Shown in pieces: positions 37,856 to 39,636 of a DNA stretch of 39,636 bases. How positions within the stretch are numbered: position 1 is the stretch's first letter; every line of letters starts with the position of its first letter. A model generated the notes under the pieces. It had not been told where the DNA came from. It saw only the letters and a program-made list of their open reading frames with translations, and made no database searches. The DNA is from a virus. Its lineage: Duplodnaviria; Caudoviricetes. The DNA lies in the IMG/VR virus record IMGVR_UViG_3300037991_006664, positions 1 to 39,636 of that record; one strand, written 5' to 3'. The position numbers and the translations under genes were made by a program.

Positions 37856-38120
37856 TTACTTTATACTTTAATGTGACAATTCTCTTATCTTGATTGTCTA
37901 TTTCTTTATCTAATGTTACAATTTGTTGGTTTAAAGTATCTATTTTATATTCCAAACCATCATTAATATTATGTAAAGAATCAACTTTTGCTTCTAGTGC
38001 TTCAATTTTAAGATTGTAATCTTCAACATACTTTTCATTTCCTAAAAATAGAAAATAAATAAGAGTTAATGATAAAATAACTATAATACTATAAGCAATA
38101 ATTCTTTCTTTAGACAACAT
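37740..38120 (-). CDS. Membrane-anchored coiled-coil protein (i-spanin-like topology)
   Basis: 126 aa with N-terminal TM IIAYSIIVILSLTLIYFLFL followed by heptad repeats. Overlaps the next gene by 116 nt. Confidence 0.6.
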   Translation of the reverse strand: MLSKERIIAYSIIVILSLTLIYFLFLGNEKYVEDYNLKIEALEAKVDSLHNINDGLEYKIDTLNQQIVTLDKEIDNQDKRIVTLKYKVNEKINSVDNFNDDELERFFTERYRHIDSIKKADSSSGN

Positions 38121-38529
38121 CTTTTTCTAATCTTTTAACTAAGGCTTCTGCTTCCTTTTTAATTGGAGTTTTCTTTCTAAGGATATTTTTGATTTCTTCT
38201 TTTCTTTTTCCATCCTTAGTTCGACCATATTCCTTACCTAAAGTCATCATTTCTGCCTCTATATCTTTAAAAGCCTTAATTGCTAAATCATATTGTTTAA
38301 ACTTACCTCTTGCTTTTTTAGCTGCTGCTATTGCTTTTTTATCTTCATCATCATCATCAGCTGCTGCTGCTACTTCAACTTCTTCTATACCAGCATCTTT
38401 TTTTAACTGTATAGTTTTTTCAAGTTCTTTATTAAATTCTTGAGCATTTTTAAGTTCTTCTTCTGATGCCTCTGTAAGTAATGATATAATTTCTTCTTTA
38501 ATAAATGATTTTAATTCAGATTTTTTCAT
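38110..38529 (-). CDS. Charged hypothetical protein, possible internal head protein
   Basis: 139 aa, N-terminus MKKSELKSFIKEEIISLLTE, late motif upstream. Confidence 0.6.
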   Translation of the reverse strand: MKKSELKSFIKEEIISLLTEASEEELKNAQEFNKELEKTIQLKKDAGIEEVEVAAAADDDDEDKKAIAAAKKARGKFKQYDLAIKAFKDIEAEMMTLGKEYGRTKDGKRKEEIKNILRKKTPIKKEAEALVKRLEKDVV

Positions 38530-38542
38530 TTTAATTTAAATT

Positions 38543-38555
38543 TTATTATAAATAT
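38543..38555 (-). promoter_or_regulatory. Putative late promoter (ATATTTATAATAA), first of the morphogenesis region
   Basis: Exact motif 13 nt upstream of the start at 38529. Confidence 0.7.
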
Positions 38556-38556
38556 A

Positions 38557-39087
38557 TCAAGAATTAATAACATTTAATATTTGTTCAACTCGTTCTTTAG
38601 TTGTACCTCTTATAGTTTCAATATTTTTCATCATATAAGCATATTTTTTTATATAACTTATTATAGTAAAATCTATAACGTCTCTATAATGTTCATCTGT
38701 CTCACGTACTCCATTATCTTCAATAGGCAAGCCATTAGGAGAAATATAAAAAATATAATCATATTCTCTAATAAATTCTTTCGCATAATCAATAAATTTA
38801 TCTTTATCTTGATAAGGTATTGACATTGCATTTTGAGTAAATGCCATTACATCAATAACAGTTCTATCAGTAATTATATTATCATTCATTAATTCAGCAC
38901 ATCTCTCAGCTAAAAATACTGTTTGTCCTTTTAATGTTGAATCTGTATTTAATGGAATGCCTAAATCATTTAAATATTTACTACGTTCTGTAGCAAAATT
39001 ATAATTTTTAAATTCAGGTACTTTTTTTAAAGCTTTAACTAATGTAGTTTTACCTACACTCATTGTACCACATAATCCTATTTTCAT
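38557..39087 (-). CDS. P-loop kinase/ATPase (NadR-like AAA_28)
   Basis: 176 aa with KIGLCGTMSVGKTT, IITDRTVID, YDYIFY and EDNGVR. Confidence 0.8.
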   Translation of the reverse strand: MKIGLCGTMSVGKTTLVKALKKVPEFKNYNFATERSKYLNDLGIPLNTDSTLKGQTVFLAERCAELMNDNIITDRTVIDVMAFTQNAMSIPYQDKDKFIDYAKEFIREYDYIFYISPNGLPIEDNGVRETDEHYRDVIDFTIISYIKKYAYMMKNIETIRGTTKERVEQILNVINS

Positions 39088-39088
39088 A

Positions 39089-39346
39089 TTAATTTCTATG
39101 AGTCATACCTTTTGGTGCTGGTTTCTTATACCAAGGTAATCCTGTTTTTTGTCTAATTCTTTCTTTATGTTCTTCCTTACTATATTTAATACCGTAAATA
39201 TAATATTCTGCCTTTTTTTCATTTCCTTCAGGTATTAAAGCAGGTCCATCCCAATTATGTAATTTATTATCCCAAGTATAAGCTACAGTACCATCTGGTT
39301 TTGTTAATCTTTGACTACTAGGCCATTCAGTGTATTTATTTTCCAT
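39089..39346 (-). CDS. Hypothetical protein with LHxxDGPA motif
   Basis: 85 aa with KLHNWDGPALI...EYYIYG, a motif type common in phage hypothetical proteins. Confidence 0.7.
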   Translation of the reverse strand: MENKYTEWPSSQRLTKPDGTVAYTWDNKLHNWDGPALIPEGNEKKAEYYIYGIKYSKEEHKERIRQKTGLPWYKKPAPKGMTHRN

Positions 39347-39348
39347 GT

Positions 39349-39636
39349 CTATAATATACGTACTTTAGTTTCATTCTCCAAAATTTTTTCAGCAACAAGT
39401 GTACCATGAGCCCCTGATACGGAAATACCCCTTGCTGACAACGCGTCACCAACAAAGTGCACAGTAGGGTATTTAGTTAATGATAAATCAGAATAATTAA
39501 CTAGTGGTTCAGGAGCTAGGTATTTGACCTCAGGTACATAGATTCCCCAATCATCTTTCAACGTAGGAAATACTAATTTCATATCATTGATAAAATCATC
39601 AATATATTTAAAATATCCTTGAAATGCATCTTTAAC
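39349..39636 (-). CDS. FAD-dependent oxidoreductase, C-terminal part (starts outside window)
   Basis: Frame is open to the window edge (VKDAFQGYFKYIDDFINDMK...). PEVKY and HFVGDALSARGISVSGAHG..VA resemble the C-terminal FAD motif of COG2509-type dehydrogenases. Confidence 0.7.
   Translation of the reverse strand, partial: VKDAFQGYFKYIDDFINDMKLVFPTLKDDWGIYVPEVKYLAPEPLVNYSDLSLTKYPTVHFVGDALSARGISVSGAHGTLVAEKILENETKVRIL
39351..39382 (-). promoter_or_regulatory. Putative host-sigma (Bacteroidota-type) promoter
   Basis: Minus strand TTTG-N20-TATATTAT, ending 4 nt before the ATG at 39346. Confidence 0.6.

Noticed and set aside
412-38823. All plus-strand ORFs in the track (e.g. 412..594, 2797..3075, 9102..9443, 28472..28708, 31045..31437, 38581..38823)
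   Set aside because: They are short antisense shadows of well-supported minus-strand genes, with biased composition and no recognisable motifs.
39349-39582. 77-aa standalone gene as given in the ORF track
   Set aside because: The frame stays open to the window edge, so this is the tail of a longer oxidoreductase.
1-39636. Stop-codon reassignment
   Set aside because: Genes are full length under the standard code, and TAA, TAG (14248, 37448) and TGA (16153, 35878) all end genes at sensible points.
1-39636. tRNA, rRNA, integrase or small terminase genes
   Set aside because: None were recognised, and the few gaps long enough for a tRNA are occupied by terminators, promoters or the leader.

Overview
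A segment of an AT-rich, lytic, T4-like (contractile-tailed) phage genome. Every credible gene is on the minus strand. In transcription order (right to left): the 3' end of an FAD oxidoreductase, a P-loop kinase, two overlapping membrane proteins, large terminase, portal, several acidic head-interior proteins, prohead protease, scaffold, major capsid protein, neck and tail-completion proteins, an inserted six-gene sugar operon, tail sheath, tail tube, two tail-assembly chaperone ORFs, tape measure, baseplate proteins (one with an M23 peptidase), and a compact family A DNA polymerase running off the left edge. Promoter architecture, AT-rich leaders without obvious Shine-Dalgarno sites and a signal peptide ending in FS|Q suggest a Bacteroidota host. 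The strongest candidate for an undescribed system is virion glycosylation. The operon inside the morphogenesis module encodes a four-domain enzyme (GT4, Aah/TibC-type protein glycosyltransferase, GT-A-like, PIG-L/LmbE deacetylase), and an [S/T]-[G/A/S]-S tripeptide is concentrated in predicted outer virion proteins but absent from the four internal ones counted. Other highlights are a probable +1/-2 frameshift in the tail chaperone, a PolA lacking most of its thumb, two promoter classes and a leader with alternative pairings. All family assignments come from motif recognition by eye; no searches were run.
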